Source: Eledone cirrhosa
Lineage: Eukaryota
Reading direction: 5' to 3'
Assembly (NCBI GenBank): GCA_964016885.1
Contig: OZ024741.1
Span: 398,660,001 to 398,724,000, forward strand
DNA: 64,000 nucleotides
The notes below the pieces were generated by a model. It did not search any database and was not told the origin of the DNA. It saw nothing but the letters and a program-made list of their open reading frames with translations. Every line of letters begins with the position of its first letter. Positions within the stretch are counted from its first letter, which is position 1. The translations under genes were made by a program, and so were the position numbers. This document shows, one piece after another, positions 1 to 12,165 of this stretch.

Positions 1-2120
1 TTTCTTACATAAATCAAAGTGGAAATTTAATTCCTTACTTATAACAAAGCACACCACACCACATTAATCTATCCCAAACCACACCATATCAAACAGCACC
101 ATATTATGGTAAATTTATTACAGAACACCTACTCCTATCATTTACATCACACCATGGTATGAACATCAATGTGACAAATTTGCTACCTGCTTTTTTTTTT
201 TTTGTATTTACCACCCAAACTAACATCAAAGGTGCTTGCAAATGACTATTTTTCCACATTATCAATGAATATGACATGGGAATCTATCGTTTAGAATTGG
301 TTTCCATTTCATAACTTCACCAAACCAGACCACACCATAACAAGTTACACCATACTACATCACACCAAGCTATTGATCTTGGTGTGAAACATTTTCTTCC
401 CGTTTCCTTTTTTTTTGTGTGTGTGCTTACCACCCAATCTGACATTAAAGGTGCGCCCAATTGACTATTTTTTTCCCGCTTATCAATAATTATGACATGG
501 AAACCTGTCGAAAATGACTATCTTTGTAGAAACTTCATCAAACCACACCAAGATATTGATTTTGGTGTGACAAATTTTCATTTGGCATTTTTTTTTGTGT
601 GTGCTTACCACCCAATTTGACATAAATGGTGCTCGCAAATTACTATTTTATGCACATATTATCAATGGTTATGACATGGAAACCTGATGAAAATGACTAG
701 CTTTGTAGAAAAAAGAGGGAGGATGTGGGTGGAAATACCATTTACAAAGCTAGTCATTTTTTATTGCAGCGGAAGTCATATTTTTTGTTAATATGCTAAA
801 AGCATAGTCCACTGCGAGAATCTTGGAAGTTGATAGCACATGCAAAAATGAATGAAAAAATTTTTTTCTAACATAAATCAAAGTGGAAATTTAAATCCTC
901 TCTTATAACAAAGCACACCACAGCACATTAATCTACCCCAATCCACACCATAAATTCACCGTAACCATACTTCACTATATGGTAAATTTATTACAGAACA
1001 CCTACTCCTACCATTTACATCACACCATGGTATGGAGATCAATGTGACAAATTTGCTACCTGCTTTTTTTTTTGTGGTTACCACCTCAAACTAACATCAA
1101 AGGTGCTTGCAAATGATTATTTTCCCACACATTATCAATGAATATGACATGGGAATCTATCGTTTACAATTGGTTTCCATTTCATAACTTCACCAAACCA
1201 CACCATACCAAGTTACACCATACTACATCGCACCAAGCTATTGATCTTGGTGTGAAAAATTTTCTTCCTGTTTCCTTCTTTTTTTTGTGTGTGTGTGTGC
1301 TTACCACCCAATCTGACATTAAAGGTGCGCCCAATTGACTATTTTTTTCCACTTATCAATAATTATGACATGGAAACTTCACCAAACCAGACCACACCAT
1401 AGTACATCGCACCAAGCTATTAATTTTGGTGTGACAAATTTTCATTTGGCATTTTTTTTTTTTTTTGTGTGTGCTTACCACCCAATTTGACATAAATGTT
1501 GCTCGCAAATTACTATTTTATGCACATATTATCAATGGTTATGACATGGAAACCTGATGAAAATGACTAACTTTGTAGAAAAAGAGGGAGGATGTGGGTG
1601 GAAATACCATTTACAAAGCTAGTCTTTTTTTATTGCAGCCGAAGTCATATTTTTTGTTAATATGCTAAAAGCATAGTCCACTGCGAGCATCTTGGAAGTT
1701 GAGAGCACATGCAAAAATGAAGGAAAAATTGTTTTTCTAACATAAATCAAAGTGGAAATTTAAATCCTCACTTATAACAAAGCACACCACAGCACATTAA
1801 TCTACCTCAATCCACACCATAACCATACTTTACCATATGGTAAATTTATTACAGAACTCCTACTCCTACCATTTACATCACACCAATGCTCGCAGTTGAC
1901 TATTTTTTTCACATATTATGAATGAATATAACTTTGAAACCTATCGTCAATGATTAGCTTTTTAGAAAAATGAGAGCAGAAAGTGGGTGGAAAAACCATT
2001 CACAAAGCTAGTCATTTTTAATTGCAGTGGAAATCATATTTGTTGTTAATATGCTAAAAAAATAGTCAATTGCAAGCATTTTGGAGGTCGGGTTAGTTGA
2101 TAGGACATAAAAAAACAAAG
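1..2120. repeat. Degenerate tandem repeat, ~865-bp unit (~2.4 copies) built from ~180-210-bp subrepeats
   Basis: AAATCAAAGTGGAAATTT recurs at 11, 875 and 1744 (periods 864 and 869). An internal block GTGACAAATTT...TTACCACCCA...GGTGC...TTATCAAT...ATGACATGG recurs about three times per unit (171, 383, 566). Confidence 0.9.
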
Positions 2121-2144
2121 GAAAACAAATATTGTCTATATGTT

Positions 2145-2246
2145 CCTGTGGAAAGTCGGGTATTCTGTATTACTGTTTGACGCCAGAGGTCATGGTCGTG
2201 TGTCATTGCCCTTGATAGGTGCAATTGGGAAATGTCGGCTTAAAAA
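2145..2246 (+). repeat. Short dispersed repeat, possibly a LINE 3' end; second copy at ~4395-4490
   Basis: GGTCGTGTGTCATTGCCCTTGATAGGTGCAATTGGGAAATGTCGGCTTAAAA matches GGTCCTGTGTCATTGCCTTTCAGGGGTGCAATTGGGCAAGGTCGGCTTTTAA near 4437-4488. Confidence 0.6.
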
Positions 2247-2255
2247 TATTTACAT

Positions 2256-2965
<710 letters not shown>

Positions 2966-2967
2966 AT

Positions 2968-3333
2968 TGAGAGCATTGGCCTTGCAATCGAAAGGTTGTG
3001 AGTTCAATTCTCACACCGGGTGATGTGTTGTTTCCTTGAGCAAAACACTTTATTTCACATTGCTCCAGTTTACTCAGCTGTAGAAATGAGATGATAGGAC
3101 TGGGGTCCCTATCATTCCACTGCAAAGTGGTCGTGGAGGTGCCACGGCAAAAAAGCACCCAGCCCACACTGTAAAGTGGTCGTGGAGGTGCCACGGGAAA
3201 AAAGCACCCAGCACTCACTGTAAATGAGGTTGGTGTTAGGAAGGGCATCCAGCTGTAGAAATCAAGCGAGAATCAGTTCCCGTCCCACCCTTGCAAGCAG
3301 GGAAAAAGTGGATGTAAAATGAAATGATGAATG
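2968..3333 (+). mobile_element. tRNA-derived SINE, 5'-clipped, with CORE-like middle and LINE-derived tail
   Basis: B-box-like GAGTTCAATTC, then GTGTTGTTTCCTTGAGCAAAACACTTTATTTCACATTGCTCCAG, then a tail GGTTGGTGTTAGGAAGGGCATCCAGCTGTAGAAA ending in ATGATGA. A near-identical inverted copy lies at 3732-4107. Confidence 0.75.
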
Positions 3334-3660
3334 CTCCCAGCTGTGGTCATAGTATCAAACTAACCATGGAGCTTGAAGCAATCCAATGAAGCTACACTAA
3401 GAAGGTTGCCACGATGAAGGAGATAAACTACTGGGAGAGTCTAAAAGAACTGAAACTCTACTCCTCGGAATGAAGACGGGAGAGATATGCAATGATATAC
3501 ATATGGAAAATCCTGGGGGGACTAAGACCAAACTTTCGCATTGAGAGCTGGACCAATTCTCGAACAGGACGTCACTGTGTGGTACCAATGTCCCGTCTTC
3601 CACATCTAGAATCAGGAGCAGCTATTGCAATAGCCTGGGGTTCAAAGGCCCTCAACTTGG
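3334..3660 (+). mobile_element. CR1/L2-like LINE ORF2 C-terminal fragment, decayed
   Basis: Encodes ERYAMIYIWKILGGLRPNFRIESWTNSRTGRHCVVP; homologous to the minus-strand copy at 6617-7250. Confidence 0.75.
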
Positions 3661-3731
3661 TTTTCAAAATTTAAATTTATGTTTCCTATTCATCAATGCT
3701 TCAAGCAAGCTATAAAACTCTATTATATTTC

Positions 3732-4107
3732 ATCATCATCATTTTATGTCAGTTCTTCTACATGGGTTGTCCTGTTGTGGGCAGTGTCCGGTCGGCTGAC
3801 CTTGTCTTGCTCATACGGGAACTGATTCTGTCATGATTTCTACAGCTGGATGCCCTTCCTAACACCAACCTCATTTACAGTGAGTGCTGGGTGTTTTTTA
3901 ATTTTTTGCCGTGGCACCTCCACGACCACTTTGCAGTGGAATGATAGGGACCCCAGTCCTATCATCTCATTTCTACAGCTGAGTAAACTGGAGCAATGTG
4001 AAATAAAATGTCTTGCTCAAGGAAACAACACATCACTCGGTCCGAGAATTAAACTCACAATCTTTCAATTGCAAGCCCAATGCTCTAACCACTGAGCCAT
4101 GTGCCTT
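3732..4107 (-). mobile_element. tRNA-derived SINE, apparently full length; inverted partner of 2968-3333
   Basis: Minus strand starts AAGGCACATGGCTCAGTGGTTAGAGCA (A box), has B-box-like GAGTTTAATTC, the same body and tail, and ends in (GAT)n. Confidence 0.8.
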
Positions 4108-4109
4108 CT

Positions 4110-4315
4110 ATTGTTGGCAATGTTAGGTCAGGTGACCATGTCTTGCTCATAAAGACCTGATTTTGGCTTGGTTTCTACAGCTGGATGCCCTTCCTAATGC
4201 CAAGCTCATTTACATTGAGTACTGGGTGTTTTTTGTTGTGATTCCTCCACGACTACTTTACAGTGTGGACTGGGTGTTTTTTACCGTGTCACCATCACGA
4301 CCACTTTACAGTGTT
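4110..4315 (-). mobile_element. Additional decayed SINE/LINE 3' tail
   Basis: TTTCTACAGCTGGATGCCCTTCCTAATGCCAA... repeats the tail motif seen at 3838-3880. Confidence 0.6.
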
Positions 4316-4492
4316 TCGGCCTGTTCTCATGAAAGATATATTGGCGGGTGGGATGGAGTGGTGCATACTGTATGTATGTTTCAGCCTTGGCCTGGGCCCG
4401 TGGGAAGTTGGGGTTTCTGTATTACCGCATAATCTTGGTCCTGTGTCATTGCCTTTCAGGGGTGCAATTGGGCAAGGTCGGCTTTTAACACT

Positions 4493-5081
4493 TCATCTCA
4501 AGTCTTTCTGGGACTTGTCATCCTTCATATGAATCACATGTCCATACCAACATAATCTCCTCTCCTGCACACAACATTTGATTCCTCTTATGCCTAGTTT
4601 CTCTTTCAGTTTGTTTATGCTTTGCTGTTCGCGTATATTACTATTACACATCCATCGGAGCATACAAGCTTCATTCCTTTCTAATCTACGCAAGTCTTCT
4701 ACACACAGCGCCCAGCTCTCACTACCATGCAACATTGCCGTTCATATGCACACATCATACAGTCTACCTTTTATTCTGAGAGAAAAGCCTTTTGTATCCA
4801 GCTATGGCACTAGCTCCCTCAGCTTCTTCCATCCCGTTCTTTCAGAACACCCTCCCCCCCGCTCCGCTGTTAATTCGGTATTGTTTTTAACAAGTCCTCC
4901 CAGACTTTGATGTCACTTGCTTTCAGTGATTGTTTGCTGCTTACTGTCCTGGTGCAACTGCTACATGTAAAGCCTACATTCTTAACTAAACTTCCTGAGA
5001 TCCCACTACATCTCTTGTGTACCCATAGTTTGCATATGGGGCAGAGGATGGAGTTTCTACCTACACCTCTCCTACATAATG

Positions 5082-5085
<4 letters not shown>
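4493..5085 (-). mobile_element. RTE-clade LINE fragment (distal RT region) with an embedded PHD finger
   Basis: MLHGSESWAL..EDLRRLERNEACMLRWMC...RRLCWYGHV is the RTE C-terminal signature. Upstream are GWKKLRELVP*LDTKGFSLRIKGRLY and a C4HC3 motif CSLC..CPIC..HKRC..CSSC. Stops and frameshifts are present. Confidence 0.85.
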
Positions 5086-5121
<36 letters not shown>

Positions 5122-5371
5122 CACACACTCACATATACTAGCCAAATTACCAGCGCCTTGCTGCGTTTCACACATTTTTTTTTGTAAGAAAATGATGATT
5201 GATTTTAAATTAGTGATATAATTTATGGAGAAAAACTCAATATTACTCAATGTAAAATATAATGCATGAAAAATTGGAAAACATCATTTTTAGAAAACAT
5301 CAAAATTGCATTATTAAATCTTATTCTTATTTTGTTTCTTGTAAATAATTTTTTTCAAAATATCAATTGAA

Positions 5372-5970
5372 AACTTTTGTGAATAGGCATCATATCTTGT
5401 CATTTACCTATGGTTTAAGTTTCATATAAATCGAAAGGGAAAGTTTTCAGCGGGGGTTTGTACCCCTGGGGAACCCTAATAGGGGGTTTAACCACCATTA
5501 AGGTGTCTTATAGTATTGAAATTTTGTGAATAGGCATCATATCTCTTCATTTATCTATGGTTTAAATTGCATATAAATCGAACCGAAAAAATTTTCAGCG
5601 GGGATTTTGTGCCCCCTGGTGAACCCTAATAAGGGGTTTAACCCCCATTAGGGTATTTTAATTTTATTGAAATTTGCTGAAATTTTGTGAATAGGCATCA
5701 TATCTTGTCATTTACCTATGGTTTAAATTTCATATAAATCAAAGGTAAAGTTTCAGCGGCGGTTTTGTGTCCCCGATGAACCCTTTGATTAAAATGAAAT
5801 ATACTTTACAAGTACCCTGGGCAATGTAGTTTCAGAATATATATGGTTATGGGGGGTATATTTCCAAAACCATAGGAGGAGTTCGTAAAATCTTGTTCCA
5901 TTTATTGGCCAAACTTTTCACTATAGGGCGTTTAACCCCCATTAGGGTGTCTTAATATTATTGAAATTTG
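5372..5970. repeat. Tandem ~150-160-bp repeat (three copies plus a partial)
   Basis: TTTTGTGAATAGGCATCATATC...TATGGTTTAA...TTTCAGCGG...GAACCCT recurs at ~5375, 5522 and 5683; partial copy at 5930-5970. Confidence 0.9.
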
Positions 5971-6004
<34 letters not shown>

Positions 6005-6081
6005 ACGAAGGAAATGTGGTAAGGAACCAGATGGACCATAACGCACCAAAGTACTCAATACTTAGGGTAGTAGAGTGGGTA

Positions 6082-6180
6082 ATAGGAACGAGTAGGACCC
6101 CGACGGCTGAGCTCAAGCCGTTTCGACGGCTAATTAGCCGTCGAAACGGCTTGAGCTCAGCCGTCGGGGTCCTACTCGTT

Positions 6181-6185
<5 letters not shown>
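6082..6185. repeat. Perfect 104-bp GC-rich palindrome (52-bp arms, no spacer)
   Basis: ATAGGAACGAGTAGGACCCCGACGGCTGAGCTCAAGCCGTTTCGACGGCTAA|TTAGCCGTCGAAACGGCTTGAGCTCAGCCGTCGGGGTCCTACTCGTTCCTAT, centred at 6133/6134. Confidence 0.97.
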
Positions 6186-6216
<31 letters not shown>

Positions 6217-6285
6217 AACACACACACACATATATATATATATTCACAAACACACACACACATATATATGTATATATATACACAA

Positions 6286-6326
<41 letters not shown>

Positions 6327-6535
6327 TACACAAACACACACACACATATTTATATCTTTTAGCAGAGCATTTTAATATTGCCACTCAATGAAAACCCTTT
6401 GTTTGTTTGGAATAAATGAATCTTGAAAATTAGGACTGCCTGTCAGTGTGTATGTGTTTGTTTACTTAGCATCAATTTACTAGCCTCCCCTACCACCAGA
6501 AAATGTATAAATACCACCATATTACATTGACAGTC

Positions 6536-6587
6536 GGCTTTTCTGATGATTTCCTCCGAATGAAACAGTTCTAGTCCTGTTGAAGCC
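6536..6587 (+). ncRNA. Candidate minimal type I hammerhead ribozyme, degenerate
   Basis: GGCTTTT-CTGATGA-TTTCCTCCGAAT-GAAA-CAG-TTCTAGTC-CTG-TT-GAAGCC. Core boxes and stem III are intact; stem I needs a bulge and stem II is weak. Confidence 0.45.
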
Positions 6588-6616
6588 ATTTCTATATTAA
6601 ATATATATATATATAT

Positions 6617-7250
6617 ACTCTTTTAGCTGTTCCAGCCATCTGGCTGAGACCATGATTGGGCACTGCTCTTGTTGCTACACATTCTATCTCCAGCCTGTGT
6701 TGGCTGGCCATTAATGTAAGAGGGAGTTCGTTACTGCTGCCCTTAGGTTTCCTTCGTACCTTGATGTGGGCTCATCCGGGATCCTGGATAACAGGGTGTC
6801 GAGAAGTTTCTTGAAAATATCCACAGCCACACCATGTAGATCTCTCAAATCCCTCGGCAGTTTGTTGAAGAGTTGAACCCAGTCTATTGCAATATCTGCT
6901 GCTTGTTCTAGATGTGGAAGACGGGACCTTTGTCACCACACAGTGACGTCCTGTTCGGGGGTTGGTCCCGCTCTCAATACTAAAGTTTGGCGCTAGTCCC
7001 TCCAGGATTTTCCATATGTATATCACTGCGTATCTCTCCCGTCTTCGTTCCAAGGAGTAGAGTTTCAGTTCTTTTAGCCTCTCCCAGTAGCTCATCTCCT
7101 TCATCGTGCAATCCTCTTGGTGTAGCTTCGTTGGATTGTCTCAAGTTCTGTGGTTAGTTTGATACTATGGGGTGACCACAGCTGGGAGCAATAGTCCAGG
7201 CGGCTTAGGATAAATGGCCTTCATAGTATCAACATGGTCTCCCGGTCTCT
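6617..7250 (-). mobile_element. CR1/L2-like LINE 3' fragment including the 3' UTR
   Basis: Minus strand reads SRLDYCSQLWSP upstream and MKEMSYWERLKELKLYSLERRRERYAVIYIWKILEG; ends at a (TA)n tract. Confidence 0.85.
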
Positions 7251-7396
7251 TATATAGAAAACCTCAAATAAAAAGTCAAGATTTGTTTCGATTTAACAGA
7301 GCAGAAAGAATTCGCGTCAGAATATTCCAACCAATCCAGCCTATATCAGCTGAATAAATATGTATATGGATATATATATATATACACACCCACATG

Positions 7397-7454
<58 letters not shown>

Positions 7455-7532
7455 CGCACGCACACACATATATATACACACACACACACACACTCAAACA
7501 CACACACACATACATGCACGCATGCATGCATA

Positions 7533-8160
7533 CACGATGGCTGCCCCCTCGTTATCGAGTGTGGCCATTGCACGATATACCATTATTAATAATATTAATT
7601 AATTCTATCGTGCAATGCCTGTGCATGAAGATATTTTTTTAAATGAGGAAAGACTGTGCACTGAGCCAATCCCACTCTCTGAGCGACAGTAGCTATAACC
7701 CGAAAAGAAGAAAATATCAACATCATCGGTAACTACCGAGCCGCAGGTTTTATATCGGAGTTATCCCAGTTTCCTGAGTTGCCTTCTCCTAGAAGAATGC
7801 CCTGACAAAGACTAGGGGTCCTTCACTCCCAGTGGTTTAACCGCGCGATCGGGTGTCCAGCCCGATTATTTCTATGTCCCCGCGCATGTACATACACATG
7901 CACCCATATATCTACACATATACATATACATACCTATGTACATGTGTATATACATATTTACACACTTTTGGATGGCCGTTGACTCTTATGAGATCTTCCG
8001 CCCTTTGTCAGGTTTTGTTTTTTGTCCTGCAGGGTGTCCAAAATCACCCTCCTCACCAAGTAAACTTGGTGGGGTTGCCGGTTTAGTCGCCGACGATCCG
8101 ACCATGCGACAGGTTGTACTCGATTACATGTTACCAGTAGCACTCAAGAGTGACCCGACA
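7533..8160 (-). mobile_element. Non-autonomous RTE-related element (copy 1), interrupted by a microsatellite at ~7885-7965
   Basis: Collinear in reverse complement with 20492-21101; its 3' tip resembles the 3' end of the RTE LINE at 8178. Confidence 0.75.
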
Positions 8161-8177
8161 TACATACATAGATACTA

Positions 8178-10660
8178 CATGATGGCTGCAAACTCGTGTT
8201 CAAGTATTGCCATCGCCCGATAAAATGTTCAAAAATGTGAAGCACAAATGTGACTCTTTAAACCAGCCAAATACTTGCACCCTCTGGTACACACATGGCA
8301 ACTTTAGGCTCCCCTGAAACCTTCCATTGCTTTGTTCTGGCTGTATGTTCACATGTGTCTTTTAAGACCTCCCATGCTTGTACATTTCTTACACCTTTTC
8401 AGATCATAATCTACATGAGGTCTACTGATATGACTTTGTTCATGTCTAATCAAACCAGCTTTGCTCAGGCTGACTCGACCACAGTGCTGGCAAACCAGAT
8501 GTTGTTCAACAGCAGGCAGTTCAGAACAGTCTCAATCCTCACCTTCCTTTTCAGTGTTAGGTGTTCTCTCCGACTAGTTTCAAAGTGTTCACCACCTGAC
8601 TTGATCAAACGTCTCCACTTCACAGGCTCGTCAGCCATTTTCTCCCATTCGTCATGAAATTCCAGCACAAGCCAAGGTGCCCCTGATACAGTCCCGGTAC
8701 CGCCTTTTTGGTTTATGTGGTGGTCGCCTTCCTTCACACAGTTCTCAATAGAGAAGTTGCTTTGGAATACGATCATCAGACATCCGGACCACGTGACTGC
8801 ACCACCTCAACCGATACCGAAAGGTTATGCTCTCTATAGTCACGCACTTGCTCCGTTCTAGAACTTCCAAATCACTGGCGAACATCTTCCACCACACCCC
8901 AAGTAACTTATGAAGAGATTGTTGGTGAAATCTCTCCAGATCCTTGAGGTGCTTTCTGTATGTGATCCACGTTTCACAAACATAAAGTAAAGAGGAGACG
9001 ACACAAGTCAGATACACTTTCACCTTGGTTTCGATAGTGATACCTTGTCTGGACCATAAACGTTGATGCAGCCGTCCAAAAGCATCACTGGCTTTCTTGA
9101 TTCTTAAGGATATTTCATTATCATGTGTGCATGAAGTATTCAACGTACTACCAAGGTAAACAAACTTGTCAGCAACTTTTAGCCTCTTTCCGTACTCGTA
9201 CACACTTGGTGCAGTGTACTCGTTTCCAGGTACTGGCTGATACATCACAACAGTCTTTTCCAAGCTTATTGTGACGCCCAAAGTGCTGCAAGCTGCAGAA
9301 AAAGAGTTCATAATATGCTGCATGTCACTTTGTGAGTGTGCAAAAAGATCGCAGTCGTCTGCATACAAAAACTCTCGGATTATAGATGTTAATACCTTTG
9401 TGCTTGTACCAAAGCGCCTGATGTTAAACAACCTTCCTGAAGTGCGATACCTGATGTAAACCCCATGAGAACAATATTTGAATGCCATGAGAAACACTAT
9501 CGTAAAATATAAGGAAAACAGATTTGGAGCCAGAATGTCCCCTTGCTTCACTCCATTTTCAACTGATATTGTATTCAGAGATGCTACCACCAATACTGAC
9601 TAAAGCCTTCATGTCATCATGGAAAAGATGCAGAATCTTCTACCCTACCTTGGATTTTTTTCCCACAACGCAGTTCGATTGACAGTGTCAAAGGCCTTTG
9701 TCGAGTCAACAAAGTCCTGGTAAAGGTCCATACATTGTTCGATACACTTTTCTTGCAGCTGCCGAGCAGAAACGATCATATCCACTGTTCCTCTTTCGTT
9801 TCTGAACCCACACTGCGACTCATGCAACTCATTCAGAGCAACTCTTGGGATCAATCTATCCATCAATATTCGACACGACTTTACCAACTACTGAAAGAAG
9901 GGATATGACATGATAATTGCCACATTTGTCCTTGCCGTCCTTTACTTTATGGAGAATCACCATGAGCGCATCCTTTTTGTGGGACATTCTCATCTTGCCA
10001 CACCATTTTCATGAGGTCAGTCAGGCGCTGCGTGAAGTTTTCACCACCACACTTCAAAACCGCTCCACTCAGACCATCCATACCAGGAGACTTACCACAG
10101 TTCAGCTTATGCACAACAGAAGTCTCCTCTGCAAGAGAAGATACATTAGCCATCTCATATGCTTCACTGGTTCAATAGGAATGGAACAAATGAAATCATC
10201 ATCAACCTGGGATGGCTGGTTTAAGAGCTCATCAAAGTGATCTCTCTATCTGTCGAGTGTCTTTTGGGTCGCGCAGTAATTGCTTGCTATCTTTCGATCT
10301 CAAAGGGGCCACTGGAGAGCTGAAAGGGCCATACACCTCTGTGAGTAGAAAGTGCGGCAGTTTCACATTGTTGCCGTCAGATGCCACTTGAACTTCATCT
10401 GCTTTGTTGCTCCACCAGGTATTTTGCATAGCCCTGAGTTTCACCTGCACTTCCTTCTTTACCTGTCTGTAACGCTCATAATTGTCACCAACAGAGCTAC
10501 CACCTTTAAGAACTGCATCAAGTGCCTTTTGTTTTCTGTCTAGCAGAGCCTTGACCTCCTGGTCATTCTCATCAAACCAGTCCTTGTTTTCTTGTGACAA
10601 AGCCAAGGACCTCTGCTTAAGCCTCATAGACCGAGCTCCTGAAGTCCTTCCAGTTGTTCT
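8178..10660 (-). mobile_element. RTE-clade (BovB-like) LINE, 5'-truncated, frameshifted RT pseudogene
   Basis: Ordered motifs NKDWFDEND, GKSPGMDG, ESQCGFR..RGTVDMI..ARQLQEKCIEQ, FVD.TKAFDTVNR, GVKQGDILAP.LF, FLYADD, FVYLGS, RLRWCSHVVRMSDDRIPKQLLY, then C2H2 fingers and a short 3' end. Confidence 0.95.
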
Positions 10661-10858
10661 CATACACGCATACATACTTACATATATACATGTATACATA
10701 CATGCATACATTCATACATACATCCATCCATCCATCCATCCATCCATACATACATGTATACACAGACACATACATACATCCATCCATCCATCCATACATA
10801 CATGTATACACACACACATACATACATCCATCCATCCATACATGTATACATACATACA
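10661..10858. repeat. (CATA)n/(CATC)n compound microsatellite
   Basis: Direct reading. Confidence 0.95.
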
Positions 10859-11479
10859 ATGGTTAAAGTGTTTGACAGACGACCATAAGTTCATGGGTTC
10901 ATATTTGGGACCGGGTAGTTATTGAATCAACCTGATATCAATGTTTATTATACAGCACACTTCTTCTTTGGTATAATATGATACATAGTAATATCTAACA
11001 TAGTACCCATCTAATCTGTTATAATATGATTTACCTTTCCTCTGTGAAGGCTCATGCCTTAGGGGTTACGGTACTGGACTAACCATTATAAAATCATGGG
11101 CTCGTTTCTTCGATCCTGCAGCATGTTGCGTCCTTCAGTAAAATACTTTAGTTCGTGTAGCATCTTCTACCAGGACTTGCGGCAGACAGATAATATCAGT
11201 AATGGAAAAAACCTTGTTTCATTAGTATGACCTGGAAATCAGTTCCACTCTATTTATCTTCTTTATTAAAGGCAATCAAATTATTTTATTCTTTTTCTTA
11301 TTTTTCCATGTTTGTTAAATAAATTCCAAAAAATCGAACTAAATTGAAATTTTGTAATAAAATTTCCATAAAAGTTAATGTTTACAATACAATAAAATGT
11401 AATAAAATGTATTGAAGTCGACGAAATGTGGACCTTCATTTTTGAAAGATGGATAATGCTATAAGCAGACCTTACAATA

Positions 11480-11712
11480 TTGTACCACAATTTTCCTTTG
11501 TCCAAAAGTGGGTAGCCGAATTTAGGAAAGGATAGGGGATTCTTGAAGATGACCCAATGTCTGGACGTCCTACAACTGCCACTACCGAGGAAAACATTGA
11601 TCTCAGTACTGCAACAGCGATGGAAGAAGTGTGTGGAACGCAAGGGAGACTATGTTGAAAAATAAACCTCATTTGGTCACATTCCATGAGAGTATCTTTG
11701 TCAACCCTCGTA
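11480..11712 (+). mobile_element. Internally deleted mariner (Tc1/mariner) transposon remnant
   Basis: VQKWVAEFRKG*GILEDDPMSGRPTTATTEENID (N-terminal HTH region) is joined to LQQRWKKCVERKGDYVEK* (mariner C-terminus); ends in ...ACCCTCG-TA. Confidence 0.85.
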
Positions 11713-11837
11713 TCTATGCGCAATATACGTAAAGATACAGAATTGCGGGCACTACAACGCTATTAGCTGTCATATTTGCTGGTGAAAAAAATTTGATTAT
11801 AAAACTTAAATTTATGAATGACTTGTTTTCTACATTG

Positions 11838-12005
11838 ATAACCATGACTTGTTTTCTAATTAACTTAAATTTGTTTTCTAATTTGGCCCTTTTAAGGGCC
11901 ACCTATATTTTCATTTAAGTAACTCCACTTACATCGATATGCTTTATAACCATGACTTGTTTTCTATTTGTTTTTCTATTTGTTTTCTAATTTGGCCCTT
12001 TTAAG
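11838..12005. repeat. Short ~60-bp direct duplication
   Basis: ATAACCATGACTTGTTTTCTA...TTGTTTTCTAATTTGGCCCTTTTAAG occurs at ~11838 and ~11947. Confidence 0.8.
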
Positions 12006-12165
12006 TCTTCCCTCTCTCTCTTCCCTATCTCTCCTCTTCCCTCTCTCTCTAAAAAAACGCGTGAAAACTCCACTTACGCGTGGTAGTAATACGGAAATAA
12101 ACGATGTTGACGAGTGACGTCACCTTCGCCTGTTTTCCACTGGACTGACAGCTAATAGCGTTGTA

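Noticed and set aside
4030-4107. tRNA gene
   Set aside because: A/B boxes are present but there is no convincing cloverleaf, and it continues into a SINE body.
11060-11200. Very decayed SINE
   Set aside because: Only a faint GTTGCGTCCTTCAGTAAAATACTTTA resemblance to the SINE middle domain; insufficient support.
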